A DNA stretch of 64,000 nt, taken from IMG/VR virus record IMGVR_UViG_3300033069_001798, positions 1 to 64,000 of that record; one strand, written 5' to 3'. A model generated the notes under the pieces. That model was not told where the DNA came from. It saw only the letters and a program-made list of their open reading frames with translations, and ran no database searches. A program made the position numbers and the translations under genes. Below are positions 55,684 through 63,486 of this stretch, one piece after another (within the stretch, counting starts at the first letter, position 1; each line of letters begins with the position of its first letter). Origin of the DNA: a virus. Taxonomy: Duplodnaviria > Heunggongvirae > Uroviricota > Caudoviricetes.

Positions 55684-57352
55684 TGATTCTCTTTCTTGCA
55701 GTTAACACTAGCGGAAACGTAGAGTCGCAATCTGCGCAGTAAATTTCGTCAGCTTCTGCTTGGTGGGTGTTCGCGCCGCCGCAAGTTGGGCAAGGTGCAT
55801 CACCCGTGTGATGATACTCTTGCTCTTCTGCAGATGGCTCAAGACCCTCAAGGCTCTGCATGATGTCAGGGAAAACATCGTACATGTACTCTAGGGCTTC
55901 TGGGCTGAATTCACGATCACCAAAAGCATCGTTAAGCGCAGACTCCAACGAAACTGGGTCTGTGATAGATGATGCACCAGAAGAAACGAGCTGTTCAACT
56001 TCGCTCCTAGAGACTAGATCTTCATCAACGGGTGAGCCCATCGTCTCAAGAACGATCGTCAGCGGACCCTTCTTGATTGTGCGAGTCCGGGAGCGAGATT
56101 CACCAACTGGTTCCCAAACTTGGGTGTGATCGCCAGTTGGCTTCTTAACCTTCAGCTTGCCATCTTCAGGCGAGACAATGCCAGACTCTCCTGGCTTGAA
56201 CTCTGATGCACCCATCTTGCCAAAGACTTTGCCCTTGTAGCGAGTGACAACAGAAGCACCGTTGTACTTCTGGCCGCCCTTGTAAACCTTGTACGAATCC
56301 TTGCTGGCTTTTGGCTCTCTTGGTGCCTTTGGAGCTGCTGGCTCACTTGTTGACTCTGCGCCCGACTCTTCTGGTGCAGCACTCGTTGGTGCAGTTGGAT
56401 TGTACAGCTTCTCACCACCACGTGCACGCCTGATCGATTTGTCAAGAAATTCGCGGAAACCATCTAGATCTCTGACGATGTCTGGATGTGCTTTCATGAG
56501 AGCAACATCAGAAGCCGATAGCTCACCCGAACGGCTCAGCATCTTGATGTAGTCGTTCATGCTCGACAAGACGATGATCTCAAGATCCTCTGGCGACTTA
56601 TCTTGCATGTCAGCAACCCACTGTGCCTTCAGCATTGCCTTATCGACAGCTTGCTTCGCGCCAGCGACTGAAAAACCAAGATCCTTGGCGATATCTTGGA
56701 ACGATGCTCCGGAGACGTCTGACACAGTGTTGAACTTTGCCCTCTCTGGCACGTCTGATTGTACGTCGTCAAGGGGGTCTTCAACTGGGTTCTTCATGAC
56801 CTTCTTCAGGTCTCTCTTCGACTTGTCAAACTTTGCCATGTACTCACCGCCATGAACACCGGCTGGGATCTTTGTGACAGGCGGAAGCGGTCCAACGACT
56901 GGTCCGAAATTCTTTGGCTTCTTGTCAAATGGCGCTTCAGAAACAACGTTAAGTTCTTGCAGCTGCTTGCGAACAGCTAGCCTGATGAGTGATTCAGCTG
57001 CCGTGTCTTTTTTAGCGCTCTTTGTGCCCGTCGTCTTCTTGTTTTTCATCGTATCTTCCTTTTCGTCGGGCACGTCAAGGGCCCCCACTAGCTTTTCATA
57101 CACGTCAGAAACTTTTTCGTCTGGCAGATCGTCGCTTAGGGCCTTCACAGCAACTTGAAATTCAGCTTTGTTGTTTGGCTTGTAGTTCGGATTGCTAGGA
57201 TCAGTAAGTATTGCTGACTGATCAACAACTGGGTTGACATCAACCGGATCATCCGCCTCTTCAAGGCAAACTTGCCCGAACTTCTTGTTATCAAGAAGCT
57301 CTGATACAAGCTCACGCAACGCTGTCCTGGTTACAGTGATCTTTTGTGCCAT
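55601..57352 (-). CDS. Hypothetical protein (583 aa) with leader-type N-terminus and C-terminal zinc ribbon
   Basis: MAQKITVTRTALRELVSELLDNKK..; CPTCGG..(13)..CADC. Confidence 0.55.
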   Translation of the reverse strand: MAQKITVTRTALRELVSELLDNKKFGQVCLEEADDPVDVNPVVDQSAILTDPSNPNYKPNNKAEFQVAVKALSDDLPDEKVSDVYEKLVGALDVPDEKEDTMKNKKTTGTKSAKKDTAAESLIRLAVRKQLQELNVVSEAPFDKKPKNFGPVVGPLPPVTKIPAGVHGGEYMAKFDKSKRDLKKVMKNPVEDPLDDVQSDVPERAKFNTVSDVSGASFQDIAKDLGFSVAGAKQAVDKAMLKAQWVADMQDKSPEDLEIIVLSSMNDYIKMLSRSGELSASDVALMKAHPDIVRDLDGFREFLDKSIRRARGGEKLYNPTAPTSAAPEESGAESTSEPAAPKAPREPKASKDSYKVYKGGQKYNGASVVTRYKGKVFGKMGASEFKPGESGIVSPEDGKLKVKKPTGDHTQVWEPVGESRSRTRTIKKGPLTIVLETMGSPVDEDLVSRSEVEQLVSSGASSITDPVSLESALNDAFGDREFSPEALEYMYDVFPDIMQSLEGLEPSAEEQEYHHTGDAPCPTCGGANTHQAEADEIYCADCDSTFPLVLTARKRINERRSNSCRGAVQPRAAQRPEESGCCY

Positions 57353-57657
57353 AATTCGCCCTTGGGAGCTTCTGCTTGCGGGATGTTAGGATTGCCAAGC
57401 TTCGCATCAGTATAGCGTCGTCCAAAATACAACGCAAGGATAGGAGCAAAATAGCTGGCACATGCAGCAACATCGAATGGACGGACATGAATAGGACCAA
57501 GCGTCTCAAACATGGAGAGCACGTAAGCCAACGTTGTAACCCAAAATGATACGAAGACAAGAGTGACTGTGACGCTTCCATGTCCAGCTGCGTCTTTCAC
57601 CCAATACCACTTAGACTGAACCTCAGTTGGATCAGCGGCTTTCTTCTCTTCTTCCAT
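57331..57657 (-). CDS. Membrane protein (2-3 TM)
   Basis: ATG 57657 (MEEEKKAADP..); VTVTLVFVSFWVTTLAYVL; ASYFAPILALYF. Confidence 0.5.
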   Translation of the reverse strand: MEEEKKAADPTEVQSKWYWVKDAAGHGSVTVTLVFVSFWVTTLAYVLSMFETLGPIHVRPFDVAACASYFAPILALYFGRRYTDAKLGNPNIPQAEAPKGELWHKRSL

Positions 57658-57692
57658 GTCGACAACCTCTGGTCCTAAATAGGCCGTACAGA

Positions 57693-58187
57693 TCATTTGG
57701 TCGCATGCGATAGAGCAAAAACGGTGAGCACGGTGAAAACAGCGCCGCCAGCAAAACCACCAGCAACCCACAGCATGGGATTGCTAGAGCTAGATGATTG
57801 CTTTCGAATCTCTTCGTTTAGCGCAGCAATCTCTTTTTCTTTTGCAACGATTGATGCACTTAGGATCTTCTTCTCAGCGTCAGTCGTTGCTTGAAGTTCT
57901 GCGAGCTTGAACTGCGACTGTGCGGCAGCTTCAGCTTTCGCCTTGTCAACTTCGATCTTCACTTGATCTTTGGAAGAATTTAGCTGCACGATGATGCTTG
58001 CAACAGCTTTTGGCGATAGCAAAACACCAGTGTAAGGTGCTGGCTCACCCTTTTTCATAGGAGTCGTCACAGCACCAGGATCTGGTTCAGCAGCTGGAAC
58101 TGCTGGCACAGTCAACCCTTCGCATCGACCAGGGATTGCTGAAAAGAAGAACGTCAGAAACGTTACTAGCGTGATGAACTTTTTCAC
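57693..58187 (-). CDS. Secreted/membrane-anchored coiled-coil protein
   Basis: Signal-like MKKFITLVTFLTFFFSAIPG, a central coiled coil and a C-terminal TM WVAGGFAGGAVFTVLTVFAL. Confidence 0.5.
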   Translation of the reverse strand: MKKFITLVTFLTFFFSAIPGRCEGLTVPAVPAAEPDPGAVTTPMKKGEPAPYTGVLLSPKAVASIIVQLNSSKDQVKIEVDKAKAEAAAQSQFKLAELQATTDAEKKILSASIVAKEKEIAALNEEIRKQSSSSSNPMLWVAGGFAGGAVFTVLTVFALSHATK

Positions 58188-58576
58188 TTACCACCCGTGG
58201 GGATGACAACTGTGAAACCTGCCGCTTCCGACAGTTGCTTTGAAAGCTCGGTCGGATCATCGCTCCACTTTTTCACGATGTTCTCAATCTCCTTACGCTT
58301 CTTCTCGTCAAGGTCTCTCTTAGCAGCTTCGTACTGCTGCTGGATTGACATCAACGTTTCATTGAGCTTACGCTCGTTCTCGATGTGAGCTTTTCGCTCT
58401 TCTTCACGTGCCTCATTGATCTTCTTAATCTCTTCCTCGTGCGCCTTCTTGATATCTGACAGCTGGTCAGAAAAAGAAGATTTTTGCCTCGTAAAGATGA
58501 AGAAACCAGCGACAGCAATGAGAAATCCAACGGCAAGTTGCCAGTAAGCTTTGACGAATGCCCAAAATTTTGCCAT
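58184..58576 (-). CDS. N-terminally anchored coiled-coil membrane protein
   Basis: WQLAVGFLIAVAGFFIF, then a charged coiled coil. Confidence 0.5.
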   Translation of the reverse strand: MAKFWAFVKAYWQLAVGFLIAVAGFFIFTRQKSSFSDQLSDIKKAHEEEIKKINEAREEERKAHIENERKLNETLMSIQQQYEAAKRDLDEKKRKEIENIVKKWSDDPTELSKQLSEAAGFTVVIPTGGK

Positions 58577-58890
58577 CGTAAGTTCGGCTTGTTCGGGACT
58601 TCTTTTGTCTTTGTTGCGGGAGCATATTCAGCTGGTTTTCCCTTCAACAGTTCGATGATCTTCTTCTGCGTTGCTTCAATCTCAGCAATGCGCTCATTGT
58701 GAACCTTGTAGGCTTTAGCAAGAGAGACAATCGACTTAGCGACTGAACTAACGTTGATAGACAGAGCTAGGATGTCAGACTTGGTCTCAGTCAACATCCC
58801 AGACGCTGACATCAAGTACTCAAATGCATCAATCGCTTTCGCCAGCAGCTTCTCTTCGAGCGATTTCTTCAAGTTTTTCACGTCTTTCAT
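58351..58890 (-). CDS. Hypothetical protein (179 aa)
   Basis: MKDVKNLKKSLEEKLL... The last ~75 codons overlap gene 58184..58576 in another frame. Confidence 0.4.
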   Translation of the reverse strand: MKDVKNLKKSLEEKLLAKAIDAFEYLMSASGMLTETKSDILALSINVSSVAKSIVSLAKAYKVHNERIAEIEATQKKIIELLKGKPAEYAPATKTKEVPNKPNLRWQNFGHSSKLTGNLPLDFSLLSLVSSSLRGKNLLFLTSCQISRRRTRKRLRRSMRHVKKSEKLTSRTSVSSMKR

Positions 58891-59182
58891 TTTCCTCTAT
58901 TAGAGTATACATCGCTTCAGCGTCAAGTTCATGCAATTTTTTGCCGTAATCTCTCTTTGGCTTTGGAGCATCATCGAGAGCTGCACGTATTTTCTTCGTC
59001 ACTAGGCCTTTCAAGACGTTGTAACCCGGCCCAGCGTCATCAATAACTTGCCTAGCGAACTCATCAAATAGTTCTTGAAGAGAAACACCATGATGGAAAG
59101 ATTTAACGCGTAGTTCAGCATGCACCTCTTTGTCAAGGTTGATGTGCAAGCTTTTCTTTGTGACAAGCGCGTCAGATTTCAT
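58829..59182 (-). CDS. Ribbon-helix-helix (CopG/Arc-like) DNA-binding protein
   Basis: KKSLHINLDKEVHAELRVKSFHHGVSLQELFDEFARQVI fits a beta-alpha-alpha RHH pattern. Confidence 0.45.
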   Translation of the reverse strand: MKSDALVTKKSLHINLDKEVHAELRVKSFHHGVSLQELFDEFARQVIDDAGPGYNVLKGLVTKKIRAALDDAPKPKRDYGKKLHELDAEAMYTLIEENERREKLEEIARREAAGESD

Positions 59183-59741
59183 GAACTAAGACTGCTCCTC
59201 CTCCGCCGACGCCTCCATCACCTGCTCGATCAGCTGGAGGTGCAGTGAATTCATCTTCCATTTCATCCCTTGACTTACCGATCTCCATGCCATGCTCGTT
59301 GCGAAGCTGCTCTTTGAATGAATCAGCAACTGACTCATCGTAATTCTTCGACAAGAAGTTTGACGCCCTACGCAAGATCGTATTTCTAACTTCTAGCAAG
59401 GAGTCGTAGTTGTCTATCAACCTGACAACGCCGTTGACAAAAGAGCCCACGTCAATGTCTTCAACAGTAAGCTTCTTTGGTTCATCGCTAGAATCATCAC
59501 CCTTGTCGTCATCTTCACCAGCTTCAACGATTCGACGCACAGTCATTCGCCAATCGCGACCCTCGGTCTTTGCGGACTTTGCTTCTTTTTCATAGTCATT
59601 CAAGTAACGATCGACCTGAGAGTCTAGTGAATCTTCTCCCGGCTCTTCTGTTGGTGGCGTTGGCGCTTCGCCTTCTTCTCTGAGAATCTCTTCTCTTAGA
59701 ACACGCCGAAGATCACCCAAGCGAACCTTAAAAGTCTTCAT
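59172..59741 (-). CDS. Acidic protein (189 aa) with strong leader motif
   Basis: MKTFKVRLGDLRRVLREEILREEGEAPTPP... Confidence 0.6.
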   Translation of the reverse strand: MKTFKVRLGDLRRVLREEILREEGEAPTPPTEEPGEDSLDSQVDRYLNDYEKEAKSAKTEGRDWRMTVRRIVEAGEDDDKGDDSSDEPKKLTVEDIDVGSFVNGVVRLIDNYDSLLEVRNTILRRASNFLSKNYDESVADSFKEQLRNEHGMEIGKSRDEMEDEFTAPPADRAGDGGVGGGGAVLVHEI

Positions 59742-60454
59742 GACTTCACCGCCACGCCGATTGCTTCAGCTCTCTTAAAACGATCTTCGCAAACTTCCCA
59801 ATTGATCTCTCTCATCTGAGCGATCAAGTAGCTCTTCTTATCGGTCAAGTAGTCTCTAGCGTATGCATGCTCCCACATGTCGACAACGATCACTGGGTAG
59901 AAGCCTAGTGGGATATCTCCACTGTGGTGGCTGATTGGAACGTTGATGTACTTCTTCAAGAAAGTGTGGTACCCGCAAACAGCCCATCCATTTCCAGCAG
60001 CCATGGCACATGCGATGAAGTCACGTTGCCAATCTTCGAACGTTCCGAAGTCTCTCTGCAGCTTGATGTAAGCGATTGAATCCATCACGATCTCAGAATG
60101 AGGATCGTAGCAGTTCGCAAAGTACAGCTCATGAAGCCACACAGCATTGAGGTTGTACGCTTCATCAAGCTTCAATGACCTGAAGTCACTGTGCTTTGAA
60201 TTTGAAGCGCCCCTGTCAGCAGTGTCAAGCTGCGCAGAAACATTGTTCAACGTGTCAACGTACTCACGGTAAAGAGTTGTGTGCGCTTCTTTGGTCTTCT
60301 GCGAAACCATCTCAGAGACTTGCTTGAACGGCTTCGGTTCTGCAACGTAGGACTCGTTGATCTTTCCAACTTCTTTCACTGCAGCGGAACGCGATAGCGC
60401 ATCTCTGATCGTCTTATCAAGGTCTAGACCTTCCAGTATGTTCTTTTTGCTCAT
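59738..60454 (-). CDS. Fe/Mn superoxide dismutase
   Basis: Ligand contexts KEAH.., NAVWLHELYF and DMWEHAYARDY, with a ~45-aa N-terminal extension. Confidence 0.8.
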   Translation of the reverse strand: MSKKNILEGLDLDKTIRDALSRSAAVKEVGKINESYVAEPKPFKQVSEMVSQKTKEAHTTLYREYVDTLNNVSAQLDTADRGASNSKHSDFRSLKLDEAYNLNAVWLHELYFANCYDPHSEIVMDSIAYIKLQRDFGTFEDWQRDFIACAMAAGNGWAVCGYHTFLKKYINVPISHHSGDIPLGFYPVIVVDMWEHAYARDYLTDKKSYLIAQMREINWEVCEDRFKRAEAIGVAVKS

Positions 60455-60752
60455 GATCTTTTCCTTGTAAGCTCAGCTCGTAATTCTTTTCAAGTTCTTC
60501 TGCATCAATCAGGAATTTTTCACCCTCTGGCGTCCTGAGTATGCAATCGTTAGGACCGACTGAATCCACTGTGTAGCGAATTCCACTGTTCTTGTGAAGA
60601 ACTTTCAGCTCTGGAGCGATGATCATCTTCTCTTCTCCTTTGCCGATCTTTGCAGTCATCGCAACGTCGACGGTCTCCGTTAGAGACGCAACACGTGAGT
60701 CCCACTCTTCACGGAAGACTTCTATGATGTCCTTATCAGTAAGTGCTCTCAT
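60417..60752 (-). CDS. Hypothetical protein (111 aa)
   Basis: ORF. Its ATG overlaps the stop of the native deaminase remnant (ATGA). Confidence 0.5.
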   Translation of the reverse strand: MRALTDKDIIEVFREEWDSRVASLTETVDVAMTAKIGKGEEKMIIAPELKVLHKNSGIRYTVDSVGPNDCILRTPEGEKFLIDAEELEKNYELSLQGKDHEQKEHTGRSRP

Positions 60753-60889
60753 GTTCTCGATGTAAGTATTGCGTCCGATGTTCTCATGACTTCAATACCA
60801 ACTGATTGCAGCAAGACAAGACCTGACGAATCCCTGTACTGGATGTCATACACGACCCTAGAGATTCCAGCGTTGATGATCATCTTGAT
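60749..60889 (-). pseudogene. Orphaned native 3' fragment of the dCMP deaminase gene
   Basis: Hand-translated from 'intergenic' DNA: IKMIINAGISRVVYDIQYRDSSGLVLLQSVGIEVMRTSDAILTSRT*. It aligns with AKSLINSRVGRIVYLQKYRNSTGVKLLREAGIQV of the upstream AT-rich copy. GC-normal composition. Its TGA makes an ATGA overlap with gene 60417..60752. Confidence 0.7.
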
Positions 60890-62166
60890 TCATTTGAGAA
60901 ATCTACTAGATCCTGATAAGAATCAACTTGAATTCCAGCTTCACGAAGCAATTTTACACCAGTTGAATTTCTGTACTTTTGCAAGTACACGATTCTTCCA
61001 ACTCGACTGTTAATTAGACTTTTTGCACACATTATGCATGGAGATGTAGTTACGTAAACTGTGGAATTTTCAAGAGATTCAGATGCGTGAGAAATGGCAT
61101 TAATTTCTGCATGAATGCAACCACAAGAACCTGGTGTTAGGGAATCACAGCCATTAAGCCCTCCAGAATTTGATCCATTGTAGCCCAGGCATAGAACGCG
61201 TTCATTATGTTGATCAACAAAAACTGCGCCAACTCGCAATCTGCAACATGTTGATCTTTTTGCAAATGCAACTGCAACATGCATCCAAATAGAATCATAT
61301 GACGATCTACTGAATGTGCCTATGTCATTTTCATAGTATTCATGAATTTTTTCAATAGGTTCAAGATCGCGTTCATAAATCACGCGAAATTCAATGTTCT
61401 TGTTGGAATAAAAAGATCTAGCGGCTTCGATCTTTTTATTCGTATGTTCATTAACGTAGCCCTTAATCTCTTCAACGACCACGATATTAGAGTCATAATT
61501 GATGAAGAGATCAGGATTGTAATAGTGTGCATTACCTTCTTCATCAGACCAAAGAATTTTATCTTTACATCTACCCCATGCTAGAACTGTATTGTCAAAA
61601 TCCAGTTCTTTGAATCTTCGTAGCTCATAGCTAGAATCGTAATGAACTGTTCCAGCCTTTGTTGACTTGTATCTTCCTTTAAGAAAGTTCTTGTTAAAAT
61701 TTTCTGGTTCGTAAGATCTTTTGTAACAATCACGAGAACAATAACGATCATAATGATGTTTCAGATTGCTTTTCACAAAGTTTGAACAATCTTTTCCACT
61801 GCATTGCACTACAATTTTATTTTGTGAATGAAATGCTAGATAACATTCTCTATCACAAAAACAATTTGCATGCGCAACAATTGTTGAACGATAACGAAAA
61901 TTTGTTTTGTTACACCAAGAGCAATTTACTTGAACATGCGTTATAGATTTTTGTTCAGCTTTGTTGTGCAAAGCGCTACATTTTCTTGAACAAAACTTTC
62001 TTCCATTGTCAGCATAACACTTCAAAACATTGAATGCAGAATTACATTGAACGCATTTAATGGTGACTCGTTTGCTTTTCTGGAAGCATGTTTTTGAACA
62101 GTAATCATTTTTTGACTTTTTTTTGCCATGACAAATAGGACACAAATCTATTTCAGATTGAATCAT
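60880..62166 (-). CDS. Fusion ORF: Zn-ribbon repeats plus PD-(D/E)xK nuclease-like (homing-endonuclease-like) N-part and dCMP deaminase C-part
   Basis: ATG 62166 in an ATGA overlap with the tdk stop. Four CxxC..(F/Y)CSxxC ribbons. YDSSYELRRFKELD..YYNPDLFINY..VVVEEIKG (TnsA-like PD-ExK). C-terminus AKRSTC..GYNG..CIHAEINAI..SPCIMCAK (the CDA zinc motif). The whole ORF is AT-rich (~33% GC by hand count at 61341-61400). Confidence 0.75.
   Translation of the reverse strand: MIQSEIDLCPICHGKKKSKNDYCSKTCFQKSKRVTIKCVQCNSAFNVLKCYADNGRKFCSRKCSALHNKAEQKSITHVQVNCSWCNKTNFRYRSTIVAHANCFCDRECYLAFHSQNKIVVQCSGKDCSNFVKSNLKHHYDRYCSRDCYKRSYEPENFNKNFLKGRYKSTKAGTVHYDSSYELRRFKELDFDNTVLAWGRCKDKILWSDEEGNAHYYNPDLFINYDSNIVVVEEIKGYVNEHTNKKIEAARSFYSNKNIEFRVIYERDLEPIEKIHEYYENDIGTFSRSSYDSIWMHVAVAFAKRSTCCRLRVGAVFVDQHNERVLCLGYNGSNSGGLNGCDSLTPGSCGCIHAEINAISHASESLENSTVYVTTSPCIMCAKSLINSRVGRIVYLQKYRNSTGVKLLREAGIQVDSYQDLVDFSNESR
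60880..62166 (-). mobile_element. AT-rich cassette 3 (nuclease-like module plus replacement dCMP deaminase)
   Basis: The composition break falls exactly at both ORF ends. A native deaminase 3' remnant lies directly downstream. Confidence 0.6.
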
Positions 62167-62732
62167 GTTAGCACTATGAAAGGATGACATCGCAAGCAAC
62201 GCGGCTCGTATAGCTCGTGCCCGCCAACTTCAAGCAACGTTTCATCTTCGCTCTTCTTGTACGTAAAATGAGCATCTTGCGAGCAGATCGTGCACACTGC
62301 TGAGCACTTCTCTATTGACGTTGCCCAAGGCAGCATCTTTGTCACTTCATCGAACGGCTTACCATTGAATGCAGTGTCAAGCGTTGACACTATGATGTTG
62401 TAGCCGTTCCTGTACAAGAACGTCAAAGCATCAGCAACGCCGTTAATCATGAAAGCTTCATCTACTGCGATGATGCTAATGTCGTTGTTCTGCTCTTCAA
62501 GAACTTTCGCAAGAATACCTTCTGCGTTATTGACAGTGACTGCATCGTGACGCCAACCACCGTGCGTCACGATCTGAGACGTAGAGTAGCGATCATCTAT
62601 CGCAGGCTTGAAAACTAGAGCGTTTCTCTTCTGGTACTTGCAACGCTCAAGCTCCATCAACAATCGAGATGATTTTGATGACCACATGGGTCCGACGTAC
62701 ATCACGAATGTTGGATTAGCTTGCTTGCTCAT
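62163..62732 (-). CDS. tdk: Thymidine kinase
   Basis: P-loop GPMWSSKSS and a C-terminal Cys cluster (CSAVCTIC..CLRC). Confidence 0.85.
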   Translation of the reverse strand: MSKQANPTFVMYVGPMWSSKSSRLLMELERCKYQKRNALVFKPAIDDRYSTSQIVTHGGWRHDAVTVNNAEGILAKVLEEQNNDISIIAVDEAFMINGVADALTFLYRNGYNIIVSTLDTAFNGKPFDEVTKMLPWATSIEKCSAVCTICSQDAHFTYKKSEDETLLEVGGHELYEPRCLRCHPFIVLT

Positions 62733-62751
62733 GATCGCTACTCTAACCGGT

Positions 62752-63309
62752 CTAGAGCACTAGTAATCCGACAACGACAAGCGTGTCGAACGGAGGAGCG
62801 CACCCGGCATTCTCTTCTGCGGCAGCCTTGAGAGAATCCAGAACTCTCTTCTTCGCCGGCCCCACGCCCTTCGAAGCCTTCAATGCACCCAACGCTGCAG
62901 GGGATCCAGAGCCAACAGAAGCGTAACCACGAGCACTCTCAACGAGCTGGAAGTTTCCCTCGAGCTCGTGCAGCTCACCCCTGTATGCAATGAGTAGCGC
63001 ACCGTGGAAGTAGTGCTGACCACGATGCTCCTCAGTGCAATCAAACTTCTTCAAACCTTCGCGGATCGCAGGTACCCACTTGCTGACAAGATAGTCCTTC
63101 GCAGAACCGCTCTCGTGCGGCGGGAATTCGATGCCATGCTTGATAGCATCCATGACCTTTGGCAACCCGCAAACACCAACGCCGATGCCGTTCTTCAAGA
63201 AGATCTTCGGATGCTTCAAGAGAACCCTGTCTAGACCGCCACCAGTTGCTGCACGATCACCACCGAGCCAAACGTTCTTTCCCTCAACGACGCCAACAAT
63301 AACAGTCAT
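62752..63309 (-). CDS. Ntn-hydrolase, proteasome beta/HslV-like peptidase
   Basis: MT-VIVGVVEGKNVWLGGD (Thr after the initiator Met) and ..SVGSGSPAALGAL... Confidence 0.6.
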   Translation of the reverse strand: MTVIVGVVEGKNVWLGGDRAATGGGLDRVLLKHPKIFLKNGIGVGVCGLPKVMDAIKHGIEFPPHESGSAKDYLVSKWVPAIREGLKKFDCTEEHRGQHYFHGALLIAYRGELHELEGNFQLVESARGYASVGSGSPAALGALKASKGVGPAKKRVLDSLKAAAEENAGCAPPFDTLVVVGLLVL

Positions 63310-63485
63310 TTTCCATTCTCCTTTTCTTCTTTGTAGTTCACTTCAGTCTGCCAGGCTACTTTTATGAGCTCAACCACTTGATCAATGCTCAACCCGAGCA
63401 TCTCACCGAGCTCAACGACGCTTCTTACTGCTACCTCGAACATCTTCTCAATCGATGGTAGCTGATCTCCTTTTTGCTTTGCCAT
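63306..63485 (-). CDS. Hypothetical protein (59 aa from ATG 63485)
   Basis: MAKQKGDQLPSIEKMF... The track start lies further upstream. Confidence 0.4.
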   Translation of the reverse strand: MAKQKGDQLPSIEKMFEVAVRSVVELGEMLGLSIDQVVELIKVAWQTEVNYKEEKENGK

Positions 63486-63486
63486 G

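Noticed and set aside
20788-58890. The long ORF overlaps might indicate a non-standard genetic code or stop-codon reassignment.
   Set aside because: TGA, TAA and TAG all terminate well-supported genes at the expected family or domain ends throughout the window. TGA does so in dozens of ATGA junctions, TAA for 27 and 35, and TAG for the hydroxymethylase. Conserved proteins (GroEL, TK, SOD) translate cleanly with the standard code.
59738-60454. The SOD appeared to lack the first metal-ligand histidine, because KHH is replaced by LYR.
   Set aside because: On realignment the ligand His (the 'EYH' position) is conserved as EAH. The other three ligands (H in WLHELYF, D and H in DMWEHAY) are present. 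Only the second-sphere His pair is changed, so there is no basis to call it inactive.
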